NCBI GenBank assembly: GCA_013239625.1
Contig: MU053810.1
Coordinates: 4,930,071-4,994,070, forward strand
From: Lama guanicoe
Lineage: Eukaryota
Length of the DNA stretch: 64,000 bases
Reading direction: 5' to 3'
The position numbers and the translations under genes are program-made. Positions 12,601 to 25,860 of the stretch are shown here, piece after piece. The notes beneath the pieces are model-generated. The model was given only the letters and a program-made list of their open reading frames with translations. It made no database searches and had not been told where the DNA came from. Positions within the stretch are counted from its first letter, which is position 1, and every line of letters starts with the position of its first letter.

Positions 12601-15173
12601 TCTGCTTCTGTTTCTGTTTGGTTTCATTTATGGATTATTTTAAATCAGCTGCAATTTCCTATGTGATTTCCTTCCCTTTTCAGGGTTCTGGTTTTTAATG
12701 TAATTTTTATCTAGACAGTGTTGTTCTCTCTTCTCTCTCTTATTTACTTTCAGATCCCATCACGTCAAAGACATGAGTTCTTAATTCCTCAATTTTAGAA
12801 ATTTACTCTCATAGAAGATGGCTACTTTAAAATCTGAAGTAAATGAAAAAAATTGTAAAGAATGGAATGAACTTTCTAGAAATGTCCTATAAAAGCTTAG
12901 TTCTGACAACTGTTATGACTTTGAAAACCTATTTCTAGTTGACTTCTGAGACATATAATAATCTGGTAACAATATTACCAGTTTCACAAAATGGTAAAGA
13001 TCAGAATGTACCTCTCTTCATAAATTACCCATTCAGACCCATTTCCTAAGCATATTCCTACTCATACTCAGTTGTTTACTAGCAGCGATGGTGGCTTTAG
13101 AGTGTGTCCACTTAATTCTCCCCCTTGGACCTCCTTGTGATGAACAGTAGTATCTTCATGATATTAGAGGAAGATCTGAGCTTGTCTCCTAAAATAGAGA
13201 AATCACTTTCAAGGTGACACCTTAATGAGACTCCTCACCTGTCACCTGGCATTTGTATAACTTTCCATATAGTGTGAAAGAATTCCTCTCTATTCCTGAT
13301 TCCAGAAGCAAATATGACTAAATCTGGCATATTTTCTGCACTCATCCTCTCATCTTTAATAGCCTCTGACATCACTTCCTAAATCTGCTATTAAATATAT
13401 TCATTAAAGTAAGGGAGGCTGGGGCGTGCGACCAGCTGTTTACCAGAAAGAGGAGGAAAAGGGTTGATGAGCAGCCAGTCTGCTGTGGTTCACTGATTTT
13501 CACTCGTGTATAAAATTCCATTGTGAATATACCACATCTTACCTATTTTCCTCTAAATAGAAATAGGTTTCCCCCTCCCCAGTTATTTTACTATTACAAA
13601 AAAGAAAAAGAAAAAAGAAAAAAAATGTTGCTAAAAACACCTCCTGATTATAAAGACATTTTTCATATCATTGTTTCTTAAGGTATTTACATAGTAGTTA
13701 CGCGGTTTCTTTACGGTATTTACATACGTTTACACAGGATTTGGATGGTTGCTCTAAGGTATTTAGCTGGTACAGGCCAGATGTTTATAGTATAATGACA
13801 GACGGTGGCTTGTTAACATAGGAAGTTTCAAACATGTCGTTGAGGAACCTGACCTGGACCGTGACCACGAGTGGCCACTCCCCATCACTTATCCCCACCA
13901 TCCTTCTCCACCCAGAGGGGCACATGGGTAGGAGGCCACCTGTCTTTGAACATGCACAGACTGCTCAATGTCCCACCCTCAAAGTTTCACGGGTACTCCC
14001 CTGGTGCTATCCTCGGAAATATAAAAAAGCAGCTCTCATTTAAAAAAAAAATGGTTTATAGCTTTGTTTTTAGGGACGAAGAAATCACATGGGAAATATT
14101 TTTATAAACCATTTTGCACACACACTACATTACATTGCAGGGTTGTTTCTTAAAGGATAGAAAAGTCTACATTTTACTTTATGTAGGGAAATAGTTGCAT
14201 TTCAAGATACATCACTATTCCAAGAACTCCCTAGTTATTAACCGTAACTAAACATGAGGATAAAAGTTCAGGTAACATCCAACAAGCACGTACTGAGTAC
14301 GCCCCACATGTTACGTCAGTATTGCCGTATTGAACGACTGTTAACAACTGACAGGCATCTATTTACATTTTTTTTAATGAGTCTCAGAAAAGTAAAGTGA
14401 CTTTCCCACAGTCATAAAACATGTAACTTCAATGCTAGACATCTCTTACCTAAAAAGCAGCTCTCTACCCAAAAAAGTGCAAGAACTCAATGTGATTCTT
14501 ATATATTCCAATGAAATCTTTACTTACTGACTTCGGACTATATTTTTCAGAAAAAGAATGTTTGCTAAGCCTTATGATACTAATGACTTCTAAACAGCAT
14601 TTCATTTTTAAAAAAATGTTCATCAGTCCATTTATTATTAGTAAATAAAACTAAATACACATTAAACTAACTCAAGTATTTATTTCAATAAGCGATTCTC
14701 CTTACATTACGTGGCATACTTAAATGCACACAGAAGAAAGGTCTATTGTACAGCTCAGTGTTTTCTTTTTTAATGAAGCCTGAGATAGATTTTGCAGAAA
14801 CAAAAATTCCAAACTAAATACCTATGAAAAGAAGTGTATCAGTTTGACCGTTGAACATCTTCCGAGCATATTGGAAATGGGTTTGGAACAAATGATGACT
14901 GATATTTGGATGGCCAAAACTATCTAAATCTGCTTTATATAAACTTTTATTTACCTCTTTTTTCTTTTCTTTCTTTTCCTTTTTCTTTTCTTTTTTAGTA
15001 AAGGAGCACAGAATAGAATGACTAAATGAAATACAGATACAAAATGAAAAAAAAATCTAAAATGTAACTTGAGCCGTTCAAGTTCTTCCCCAACAAGCCA
15101 TGTAGCAGCCTTATACTAATAAGTTTTAATACTTCTGCTTAATTGCTTTTTCCTTGCCTACATTTTAATAAAT

Positions 15174-17422
15174 ATGAAGCTTCCTAAAGGCAGGAAGAGA
15201 GCCAAATAATAAAAAGAAATGAATAAGCTATTAAACACCTATTTGAGATTACAGCGGTAGTCAGCCACATTTAGCACACACCTAAAACAACAGAGCAGAG
15301 CCTTGCATCAATGTCGTTATTTGCAGCTTAACACAATTTACACTAGCTAAGCATCTTGCTTGTACCCTCAAACCCTAACTAGCTATACTGAGCATTTGTA
15401 ATCTGTTGTCCTTTAAGCATGTCTACCAGCATCGGGGAACATAGTTTTAGTTACTTGCCTTATTTGCTAATTCTCCAGAAACTATCTGCTAATCACAAAA
15501 ATGCAAAGATAGAATGCTCATTTAGTACAACAACAACAAAAAACCCCTCTTTTAAAAATGTAATACTATACATAGAATTCTCTTCTTCAATATAGTGTTC
15601 CTAAAATCTCATTCCATGCCATAAGATTTTCAGATTACAAAGGAAAAGATACTACACTTCCAAAATATTTTTCTGCAAAGGATTTCTGAAGGAATTACTT
15701 TACTAATCTCAAGTTTAGGGAAGTCTCTCATTACCAATATTCTCTACTAGCAGAAAAGGACACTGAAGAAAAGATACTACACTAAAATCAATCAGGAAAA
15801 AAACATAAGAATTTTCAAACACTTCTACTGGGAGCACAATCTTCCTATGAACCCTCTTGGCAACATTTATCAAGAGACTTAAATTTTGTACCTTTTAACC
15901 TAGTAACTAATGAAATAGTAAGAGATAGGGGAAAGATTCATTCTTACAAGATGTTTATTCCAAGGTGTAACAAGCTCAAATTAAAAACTATTTAAATGTC
16001 CAACAAGAGAAACAAAGAGGAAGAGTAAAGTAAATTATGATACAGCTACTGAAGTCAGAATTGTGGAAAAATTTTCATGGCATAGGGAAATGCCCAAAAT
16101 ATACTATTGAGGGAAAAGGTAATATGAAAGTGTCACAGCATGGAAACAACCTAAATGTCCATCGACAGATGACTGGATAAAGAAATTCTGGTATATTTAT
16201 ACAATGGAATACTACTCAGCCATACAAAAGAACAAAATAATGCCATTTGCAACAACATGGATGGACCTGGAGATTGTCATTCTAAGTGAAGTAAGCCAGA
16301 AGAGAAAGTAAAATACCATATCACTTACATGTAAAAAAAAAAAAAAGACACAAATGAACTTATTTATAAAACAGAAACAGACTCACAGACATAGAAAACA
16401 AACTTATGGTTACCAGGGGGTAAGGGGGTGGGAAGGGATAAACTGAGAGTTCGAGATTTGCAGATACTAACTACTATATATAAAAAATATACACAACAAA
16501 TTTCTTCTATATAGCACAGGGAACTATATCCAATACCTTGTAGTACTTTATAATGGAAGAGTATGAAAATGAATATATATGTATATGTACAACTAAAACA
16601 TTTTTCTGTACACCAGAAATTGACAAAATATCGTAAACTGACCATATTTCAATTTTAAAAAAAAAGGAAAAAAATAAAGTTCATAGAAGGATTAAAATTA
16701 TTTTAATCACATACATACACACACACACACACTTTGGAATAAGGAGCCCGGTTCCTTTTTTCTAAACAATTCATAGATTTTTCTATAAGAAACATACATG
16801 AAATTATAACTACTATACATCTATCTTTTCAATCTTAGAACAGCTTCCAGAGAGAGACCTATGTCCTACTCAAGTGCCCACCACAAATCCTGACAGAAAG
16901 TAGGACCCAGAAATTAATTCAAATCAAATAAATGAGTAAAGTTTACATAAAACAAGGATAATAAAAAAAAAAGACAACTACTTTAAAACTTTGTTAGGGA
17001 ATCACTCGATCTACCTACTTCCCCATTTTTCTCATCTGAAACAGTAAATGCATACAGCCCTATTTCACATCAGATAGACAAAGACAGTGAAACAGACATT
17101 AACTCAAACATAGGTGTCTATTTTTACACATATTTTCTTATCAAGAGGCTCTATGGCGAGATAATAGAGTTATTTTCAGAAGCTACTTATTTTCTGATAT
17201 GAGTAAAATTTTGTTTACTCTGAATCAGAGAACAGATTGTATTTTGTAAGTTCAAAACAATTACCTCCCTATCCTTTGGGTAGATAGGAATCTCCCAATT
17301 AAGAGACAAACTTGAATTTCAGTTCATCCCAGCTACCAATGAAATACTGCAGTCCTGTCTGAGCAGACACAGCGGTGATGCGCACGTACACAGGCTGGAG
17401 AAGATATGGGCAGGGTCAGACC
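15174..17422 (+). repeat. Tandem duplication, copy 1 (2249 bp)
   Basis: Begins atgaagcttcctaaaggc and ends cagggtcagacc. Near-identical to 17423-19901; the track shows an identical 93-aa ORF at 16364 and 18614. Confidence 0.97.
16139..16674 (+). mobile_element. 5'-truncated LINE-1 3' end (ORF2 C-terminus, 3'UTR, A tail), inside duplication copy 1
   Basis: WKQPKCP..WIKK..YTMEYYSAI coding-like sequence followed by the lineage-type 3'UTR and A-rich tail. Confidence 0.9.
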
Positions 17423-19901
17423 ATGAAGCTTCCTAAAGGCAGGAAGAGAGCCAAATAATAAAAAGAAATGAATAAGCTATTAAACACCTATTTGAGATTA
17501 CAGCGGTAGTCAGCCACATTTAGCACACACCTAAAACAACAGAGCAGAGCCTTGCATCAATGTCGTTATTTGCAGCTTAACACAATTTACACTAGCCAAG
17601 CATCTTGCTTGTACCCTCAAACCCTAACTAGCTATACTGAGCATTTGTAATCTGTTGTCCTTTAAGCATGTCTACCAGCATCGGGGAACATAGTTTTAGT
17701 TACTTGCCTTATTTGCTAATTCTCCAGAAACTATCTGCTAATCACAAAAATGCAAAGATAGAATGCTCATTTAGTACAACAACAACAAAAAACCCCTCTT
17801 TTAAAAATGTAATACTATACATAGAATTCTCTTCTTCAATATAGTGTTCCTAAAATCTCATTCCATGCCATAAGATTTTCAGATTACAAAGGAAAAGATA
17901 CTACACTTCCAAAATATTTTTCTGCAAAGGATTTCTGAAGGAATTACTTTACTAATCTCAAGTTTAGGGAAGTCTCTCATTACCAATATTCTCTACTAGC
18001 AGAAAAGGACACTGAAGAAAAGATACTACACTAAAATCAATCAGGAAAAAAACATAAGAATTTTCAAACACTTCTACTGGGAGCACAATCTTCCTATGAA
18101 CCCTCTTGGCAACATTTATCAAGAGACTTAAATTTTGTACCTTTTAACCTAGTAACTAATGAAATAGTAAGAGATAGGGGAAAGATTCATTCTTACAAGA
18201 TGTTTATTCCAAGGTGTAACAAGCTCAAATTAAAAACTATTTAAATGTCCAACAAGAGAAACAAAGAGGAAGAGTAAAGTAAATTATGATACAGCTACTG
18301 AAGTCAGAATTGTGGAAAAATTTTCATGGCATAGGGAAATGCCCAAAATATACTATTGAGGGAAAAGGTAATATGAAAGTGTCACAGCATGGAAACAACC
18401 TAAATGTCCATTGACAGATGACTGGATAAAGAAATTCTGGTATATTTATACAATGGAATACTACTCAGCCATACAAAAGAACAAAATAATGCCATTTGCA
18501 ACAACATGGATGGACCTGGAGACTGTCATTCGAAGTGAAGTAAGCCAGAAGAGAAAGTAAAATACCGTATCACTTACATGTAAAATAAAAAAAAAAGACA
18601 CAAATGAACTTATTTATAAAACAGAAACAGACTCACAGACATAGAAAACAAACTTATGGTTACCAGGGGGTAAGGGGGTGGGAAGGGATAAACTGAGAGT
18701 TCGAGATTTGCAGATACTAACTACTATATATAAAAAATATACACAACAAATTTCTTCTATATAGCACAGGGAACTATATCCAATACCTTGTAGTACTTTA
18801 TAATGGAAGAGTATGAAAATGAATATATATGTATATGTACAACTAAAACATTTTTCTGTACACCAGAAATTGACAAAATATCGTAAACTGACCATATTTC
18901 AATTTTAAAAAAAAAGGAAAAAAATAAAGTTCATAGAAGGATTAAAATTATTTTAATCACATACATACACACACACACACACACTTTGGAATAAGGAGCC
19001 CGGTTCCTTTTTTCTAAACAATTCATAGATTTTTCTATAAGAAACATACATGAATGGTACTTTTCACATCAGCCAGCAATATTGTGCAGCCCATCCATTG
19101 GTAACAAGTTGTGTTTTGAAAACTTCATCTGTGCTAAGTGAATAAGCCATTTCTCTCTCGGTGCCAAAGTGCCTTATAGCAGAACATCCCAACCAGCGCA
19201 CTGCAACACTGAGAAACAGTCTTCTCCCAGCCGCTGTATGCACAGAGCATCTTTAGTGAAGGATGGGCCCTACCGTATTATAACTACTTGCTGATACATC
19301 TATCTTTTCAATCTTAGAACAGCTTCCAGAGAGAGACCTATGTCCTACTCAAGTGCCCACCACAAATCCTGACAGAAAGTAGGACCCAGAAATTAATTCA
19401 AATGAATTAAATGAGTAAAGTTTACATAAAACAAGGATAATAAAAAAAAAAGACAACTACTTTAAAACTTTGTTAGGGAATCACTCGATCTACCTACTTC
19501 CCCATTTTTCTCATCTGAAACAGTAAATGCATACAGCCCTATTTCACATCAGATAGACAAAGACAGTGAAACAGACATTAACTCAAACATAGGTGTCTAT
19601 TTTTACACATATTTTCTTATCAAGAGGCTCTATGGCGAGATAATAGAGTTATTTTCAGAAGCTACTTATTTTCTGATATGAGTAAAATTTTGTTTACTCT
19701 GAATCAGAGAACAGATTGTATTTTGTAAGTTCAAAACAATTACCTCCCTATCCTTTGGGTAGATAGGAATCTCCCAATTAAGAGACAAACTTGAATTTCA
19801 GTTCATCCCAGCTACCAATGAAATACTGCAGTCCTGTCTGAGCAGACACAGCGGTGATGCGCACGTACACAGGCTGGAGAAGATATGGGCAGGGTCAGAC
19901 C
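17423..19901 (+). repeat. Tandem duplication, copy 2 (2479 bp)
   Basis: Head-to-tail with copy 1. Carries an extra 222-bp segment (19055-19276), an extra 5 bp (19289-19293), +2 in the CA repeat and +1 in the A-tract. Confidence 0.97.
18388..18924 (+). mobile_element. Same LINE-1 3' end, inside duplication copy 2
   Basis: Duplicate of 16139-16674. Confidence 0.9.
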
Positions 19902-20969
19902 GATATGGTGTGGTTTCTATTCTGCTTGAAGCACTATAGCGCTCGAGAGTATGAGAGACTCATTAAATACACACACAAGTAAGTTTTCTGAATCCATGCT
20001 GATTTCAGATTATCAAAGACACTACACTGGCAACCGGTGTTAATAGCTGACTCAACGTCGTTAGCCTGAACTACAGAAAAATGTCACAGAATTTGATACA
20101 GCTAGAAGGAAACGTGGAGATAACATAAGCCAACTTGATCAGTCACCATTTTATAGAACACTGAGTCTCCGAGGGGTAGCTTGCCAAAAGGTATACAATT
20201 ATTGATCAGGGTCCAAACTGAAGTAGGAGAGACCAGGTAGAAACTATCACACTCCAATGGATCGGGAGCAAATGGGGAAATAATTCATAAAAAATGCTGA
20301 GACGGTTTTTTAGACGTGTAAAAATACAGGTCTCCCTGTGAGCGCAGGTGAAGGCACCCCTGTAATGCGAGTTATTCATTTACTCACTAGCTCTCAGTGA
20401 ACGTAGACTATCCCAGTTTGACACTCCAGCAGAGCGAAGGCATCCTGACATATAAGGTAAGTTCTGTCCTACAGGAAACTTGCCCTAGTGAACAGGAAGG
20501 GGGTGGGAAGCTTAAGCTTAAAGAAGTCACATAAAATATACTGAGAATTACTGAATCTTCGAAACAGTATATTCTCCCCCCACCCCTTTACTTCTTCCTT
20601 ACCTTTTGCTGAAAAATAGTTTAAAACAAAAACTCAGTATCCAAAAATAATCACGTATACAGAGCTGCTATGTCTGGGGAGCTGGGCGGGAGAGTTTAAA
20701 CAGAAACCTGCCACATTTGGCTTGTTCCTCGGAAATCCTCACAGTCTGATAAGGAGCTTAAAAATCAGAGATGTAGTTCAACCAATTTACTTCACAAATA
20801 TAAAAACGGAGGCCCAGAGAGACTTGCTGATGGTCCCGTGACTAATTAGTGACACAGCTTAGGCTAGAACCTAGGTTTCCAATCATCCCCTGATCCTGAA
20901 ACTTTCCCACTAGGCCACATCACGAACAGACTGATTCAGCAATTTGAGGATAACAGGTGACATGCCTTT

Positions 20970-21720
20970 TATAATTGGTATTTATTAGATACATAATATA
21001 TGTTCATTAAAGACAAGCTAGAAAATAAAGCTAAGCAAAAATTATAATAATAATTTAACTTATCTACCATTACTAGAGAAAACTGATGTCAATATTTTGG
21101 TGTATATATATGTATCTTTTCAGATTTTTTCATATGTAAATATATATAAATACACGCTTTAGAAAAATGCTCTTCTAAACTACTTCTTTTTATTTAATAT
21201 GTTATGAATGTCTTTCCATGTTAACATATATCTACACATTATTTTGAAAGACTGTATGGTATTTCACCACATGAATACACCAAACTTTATGTATTCACTT
21301 TTCTCTTTGTCATTTAGGTATGCACACAGTTCTTTAAGCTTTTTTAAACCACTACTCTGGTTTTTATCACTGTTAGTGTCACTACTGCTACCATAACCAC
21401 CTGTGGATCAATCCCTGTGGAAAACCATGAAAAGGTCATTAGGATAAATTCCCAAGAATGGAGTTGCTGGATCAAATCATTGTGTTTTCTTTCCTTGTTT
21501 TACAGTTTTATACACAAGATGTCAAAGGGTTGTCTATAAAATGGGGAACCAAGTCACAAACCTACTGACAACATATCAGACCACTATATCCATATTTTAG
21601 CCAACATCGAGTACTTGGTTTTTAATCTTTGCCAATATGCTAAGATGAAAAATGGTTCTTACTGTCTTAATTTTGTTTCTTTCATTAGCAGTGAGGCTAA
21701 ACATCTTTGCATGTAACTTT
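20970..21720 (-). mobile_element. Ancient LINE-1 (L1ME-type) remnant
   Basis: ggataaattcccaagaatggagttgctggatcaaa and tagcagtgaggctaaacatctt motifs. Confidence 0.55.
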
Positions 21721-23344
21721 CATCTCATTCTTAAAGACCTACAATATAAATGACATAGAAAAGAATATATAGATAGCGTCCAGCTTGTTTAAGATTGAAC
21801 TGCAAAAGAACATGCTGTCACTGGAGTTCAGAACATGGTTCTCATATAAAGTGACAGTTAATAGGAATGTCTTAAAACACAGCAGTAGAAACCAGAGCAA
21901 AATCCCTGGGAACTGGAAAGGGAGATTAACCTGAGTGCTGAGATGCACCCCAATTTCAGGTGGAGACACCAGAGCAGGTCTGGCTTTGAGGTGAGAGGTC
22001 AGCAAAGGGAGGTGATGTGCAGGGAGCTAACTGCATCCACAGAACCCATGGTGGGGAGGCGGGGGACAAGGCTTGGAAAGGGAGCAGCTCGGCTGCTGTC
22101 AATTTCCAATGTGGTAATGTACCAACATACTGTCTTCTTAGCCCTTCCAAATGCATAACTGTTTCTAAATCCAACTCAATTGTGTCTTATTTATTTCAAA
22201 AACCCAGCTGAGTAAAAACATCCCAAATGCAGGAGGTCCTTGTTTCATAACTTGTTCGTGAAAAGTTATGATTAAATATCAAGAAGTATTTTGTACATGT
22301 TTTACAGGCACTGGTGGAGCTTACTATTTGAAAGAACCCTGGGGTTGAAGCTTTTTGGGAAGCAATAAATTATCTTAATCACTCCATAATTTATGTCCCA
22401 TAAATACAACTGCCTTTCAACATAATGTTTTTCTGGAAACTACATTATGAAATGAATTTTGGAAAAGACAACATTTTTACATAGGAAAAAATGCTTTAAT
22501 TGGCTAAAATACAGAAATGATTCAACAACACATCAGAAAAGCAAAGATTTAACTATTGGAAGCCCCTATAATCATTTACAAATGCAAACTGTCACAATTT
22601 TTAAATAAGTATAATTATACCAGCTGCATATTACATGAGGAGAAGCTTAAAGTATTATAAAGTACATACAGTCCTCATACACATACAAATCCAACACACT
22701 ATAAATTTTACTAAAATTTGTAAGGTAGAAATAAGAACCATTAATCATTCAGATCAGCCCGAACAGCCAAAAGGGAATTACACATTAAAAGAAGGACTTT
22801 TTACCCTCCTTTACATTCTTTTGCTTTGGCTTTAGTGCAAGCAGTTTATGGTTGAGTTGGATGCCACAGGGCATTTCTTTAAATACTAGCTGGCTGGACC
22901 GTCTCCCGAATCAATTTCCAGATTTTTGTTAGTGACATTGATATTATTGTTGTTGAATTAATTCAAATTTGATTACATAATTATCATTTCCATAGGAAGA
23001 AACAAGAGTTTGTCTTCCTATAAAATTATCTTGCTTTGGGAAAACTGCTTTCCCTGTATCCATTTTACCTAGGCTACAATGGCACTGCCACTCACTCTCT
23101 GGACCTTCTATCTTTAAAAATCTTTACATTCAAGTAAATATTGTCAATGCAGAAAATAGTCAGTAAGTAGTTCTTAAGGACATCTGGAAGACGAAGTTGC
23201 TTGAAGGGTACTAACTTGCTTTCATTACTCAAATAAACTATTCAAAGAAACTGAAAATTAGATGACAGTATCCCTATTTTATGTATTTGTAACACTGTAT
23301 TCAAAGAAATTAGGTAACTTTTCCAAGTTCTTACAATTAGTGAG

Positions 23345-24100
23345 TGATGGGCAAAAGATGAAAAAAGGTGCTCAACCTCACTGGTCATCAGACAAATGAA
23401 AATCAAAACCGTAACAAGACACTACAATACATACACCAAAATGGCTAAAAATTAATATTTTCTAACTGGTAAACAACTATTGGCAAGGCTGGAGAGTAAC
23501 AGGAATTCTCAAATACTGCGGCTGAGGGTATGAACTGGTACAACCACTTTGAAAAGCTGCTTGGGAGTATCTTTCAAAGTTGGGCCATAAAATGTGCACG
23601 TCCTAATACCTCCATCCCTAGACAAACACCCAAGAGAAATCCATGCATATAAAGCCACGTGCAAAACTAGCCACCGCATCACTGTTTGCAGTGGCTGAAA
23701 CTAGAAACAAGCCAAATGGCAGCAAAAAAAAGACAGACAGCCAATTACTAGAAATAATTTTGCTTAGGTTTAAGCTAACACAACAACATGGACGAATTTG
23801 AAAAATAGTCTTAAGGGAAAAAGCCACACACAAAAAGGTACTAAGGTGCGATAATATTTACAATAAAAAGTTAAAACAGGCAAACCGATACAAGGTGATG
23901 GGGGCCTAGAGAGTCATCAACTTTGGAGGGGAGAAGGCACCTGCCGGCGGGTAAACCAGAGGCTGCAGAGGGGCTGTTCATGTCCTACAGCTTGATCGGG
24001 GTAACGACTCCACAGGTGCGTTCACCTGGTAAAATTCATCAAGCTATATATTTACTATTGACGCGTTTTATGATTGTTATATTTCCAGTTACAATGTTTA
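23345..24100 (+). mobile_element. Old LINE-1 3' remnant
   Basis: atgaaaaaaggtgctcaacctcactggtcatcag...ggtacaaccactttgaaaa motifs. Confidence 0.65.
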
Positions 24101-24149
24101 CATGTTTGTTAAAATGTGTTCGTGTTTGTTTAAACATGAATCTGGCTAT

Positions 24150-24800
24150 GTCACTGTCAAGCTAAACACCCTACGGTACAGGCTTCCCATCACAATGGGA
24201 AGAAAATCCAAAACACTCCTCTTACAGACTCTCCGGGACCAAGCTCTTTGCCATCTCAAGGACCTTCCCTGGGCAAGTCCCTCTACCTGGAGGGCTGACA
24301 TTTGTACAACTTGCTTCCTAATTCATTTAGGATTCTGCTTATACATCATTGACTCAGAGAAGTGATTTCAGAGGGGCTTTTCCTGACCACCTTAATCTAA
24401 AGTAGTCTCCCCATCACTCCATCCTGCTCTATGTTTCCTCATAGCACTTATCACAATCTGAAACAATACTGCATATTTATTATTTATTATCCGTGCTCCC
24501 TCTCTTCCCCTAATTAAAACGTGAAGTCCAAAAGAGAAGGGACTTTGTTTTGTTCACGCCAGAACAGTAGCACAAAGAGGTTCATAAAAAATGTAGCGAA
24601 TGAATAGAAAATGAGTATTTTCTCTTCCTGTCAGGGGAAGTTTATATTTGTAATTGTATCTTTATTTCTGTGTTTATTTGTTTAATATCTGTCTCCCCGA
24701 CTCAACTATAATCTCCAGGAACACCGACTTACATGCTCACCATTTTATAGGCAATGCTGAGCATCGTAGCCAGGCAAAAACCAGGCACTGAATGAGTATG
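24150..24800 (+). mobile_element. LINE-2 3' end remnants
   Basis: catagcacttatcacaatctga...gggactttgttttgttcac...gaatgaat terminal motif. Confidence 0.6.
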
Positions 24801-25060
24801 TTTGGAAACAAAAGAAGCAGGTCATCCACACACCACTGACACTTCGTTTCCTCTGAGCTCACTACGGTATGTATTGTAACTGCCCAGGCAGGATCTGAAC
24901 ACCAGGACCACCGCCTGCCTTAGGCTCCTTTACTCTCTAGGCCCTAAAAAGCACCATTTCCCCCGCCCCACTAAGCACAGGCCCAGAATCAGCAATTTAA
25001 CAGAATACTTTGACTGACCGTCATTATTGACGGTAAACTTCGCATCTTCCCGTTCCCTCC

Positions 25061-25595
25061 TGTGCAGAGAGGAGTTGACGTGGCAGGCCTGAGATGCTGT
25101 CCGCAGAAAGGCCTGCTGAGGAGGCTGGCCCTTGGTTAGCATCTGCGAACTAGGACTTCAGGAGGGTCCCGCATTCCCGAACAGGTAAGAGTGGCCCACT
25201 GGCCCTCCACTGTCAGGACCGGCAATGTGGTTAACCCTGAACTGCTTTCCTTGTGAGAGCCTGGCATTTTGGCACATGCCCCTCAGAAGGTGCTCACCTG
25301 CCCAGCTCTCAATAGAAACCTTGTGTCGAATGAGCCTCCCTGGTTGACGACATTTCACACGTCTGTTGCTGGAGGAATTTAGTGCATCTTAGGTGACTCC
25401 ACCGGGAGAGGACCCTTGGAAGCTTGTGCGGGTTTTCTCGGCGCTTTAGGTCATGGCCTTCGCCCTTTGCTGGTTCTGCTTTCTGTCCACTGGCTGTAAG
25501 AGGTCACAGTTCTGAGTACCACTGTATCATGAATTCTCTAAGTCCTCTTGGCAAGCCACCTCTTGGCAGGCGGTGACCTGGGGGAGTCTCTCACG
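25061..25595 (+). mobile_element. ERVL solo LTR, MER68-like
   Basis: tgtgcagagaggagttgacgtggcaggcctgagatgct...agaaaggcctgct...ggcccttgg resembles the recalled MER68 consensus. About 535 bp. Confidence 0.65.
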
Positions 25596-25599
25596 CATC

Positions 25600-25860
25600 T
25601 CCCAACTGCGAAGCGGGCGAGGATGAATCACAGCCGCAGGACAACGAAAGGAGAAAGAGCCCGGTGACTCCGCCTTCCGGCTGGGATCCCCTTGCTCCGC
25701 GCAGACCCCGCCCCTCGAGTGCGGACCGGACCTGATGATGTGCTTCTAATGAATGGAATTCTGCAAATGTGACGGATGTCACTTCTAAGATTAGATCACA
25801 AAGGGCCGCCACGTCTGCCTTGCCCACACTCTCCCTGGCTCTTCCCCTTTGCTGCTTCTT
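25600..25860. mobile_element. MaLR (MLT1-like) LTR fragment
   Basis: gcttctaatgaatggaat...gtgacggatgtcacttctaagattag motif typical of MLT1. Confidence 0.55.

Noticed and set aside
12180..13330. Decayed coding-like texture on the minus strand, possibly an ancient RTE/L4-type LINE
   Set aside because: I could not recover a convincing motif by eye; needs a Dfam HMM search.
16364..18895. Two identical 93-aa ORFs suggesting a duplicated gene
   Set aside because: Antisense reading of an L1 3'UTR that lies inside the tandem duplication.
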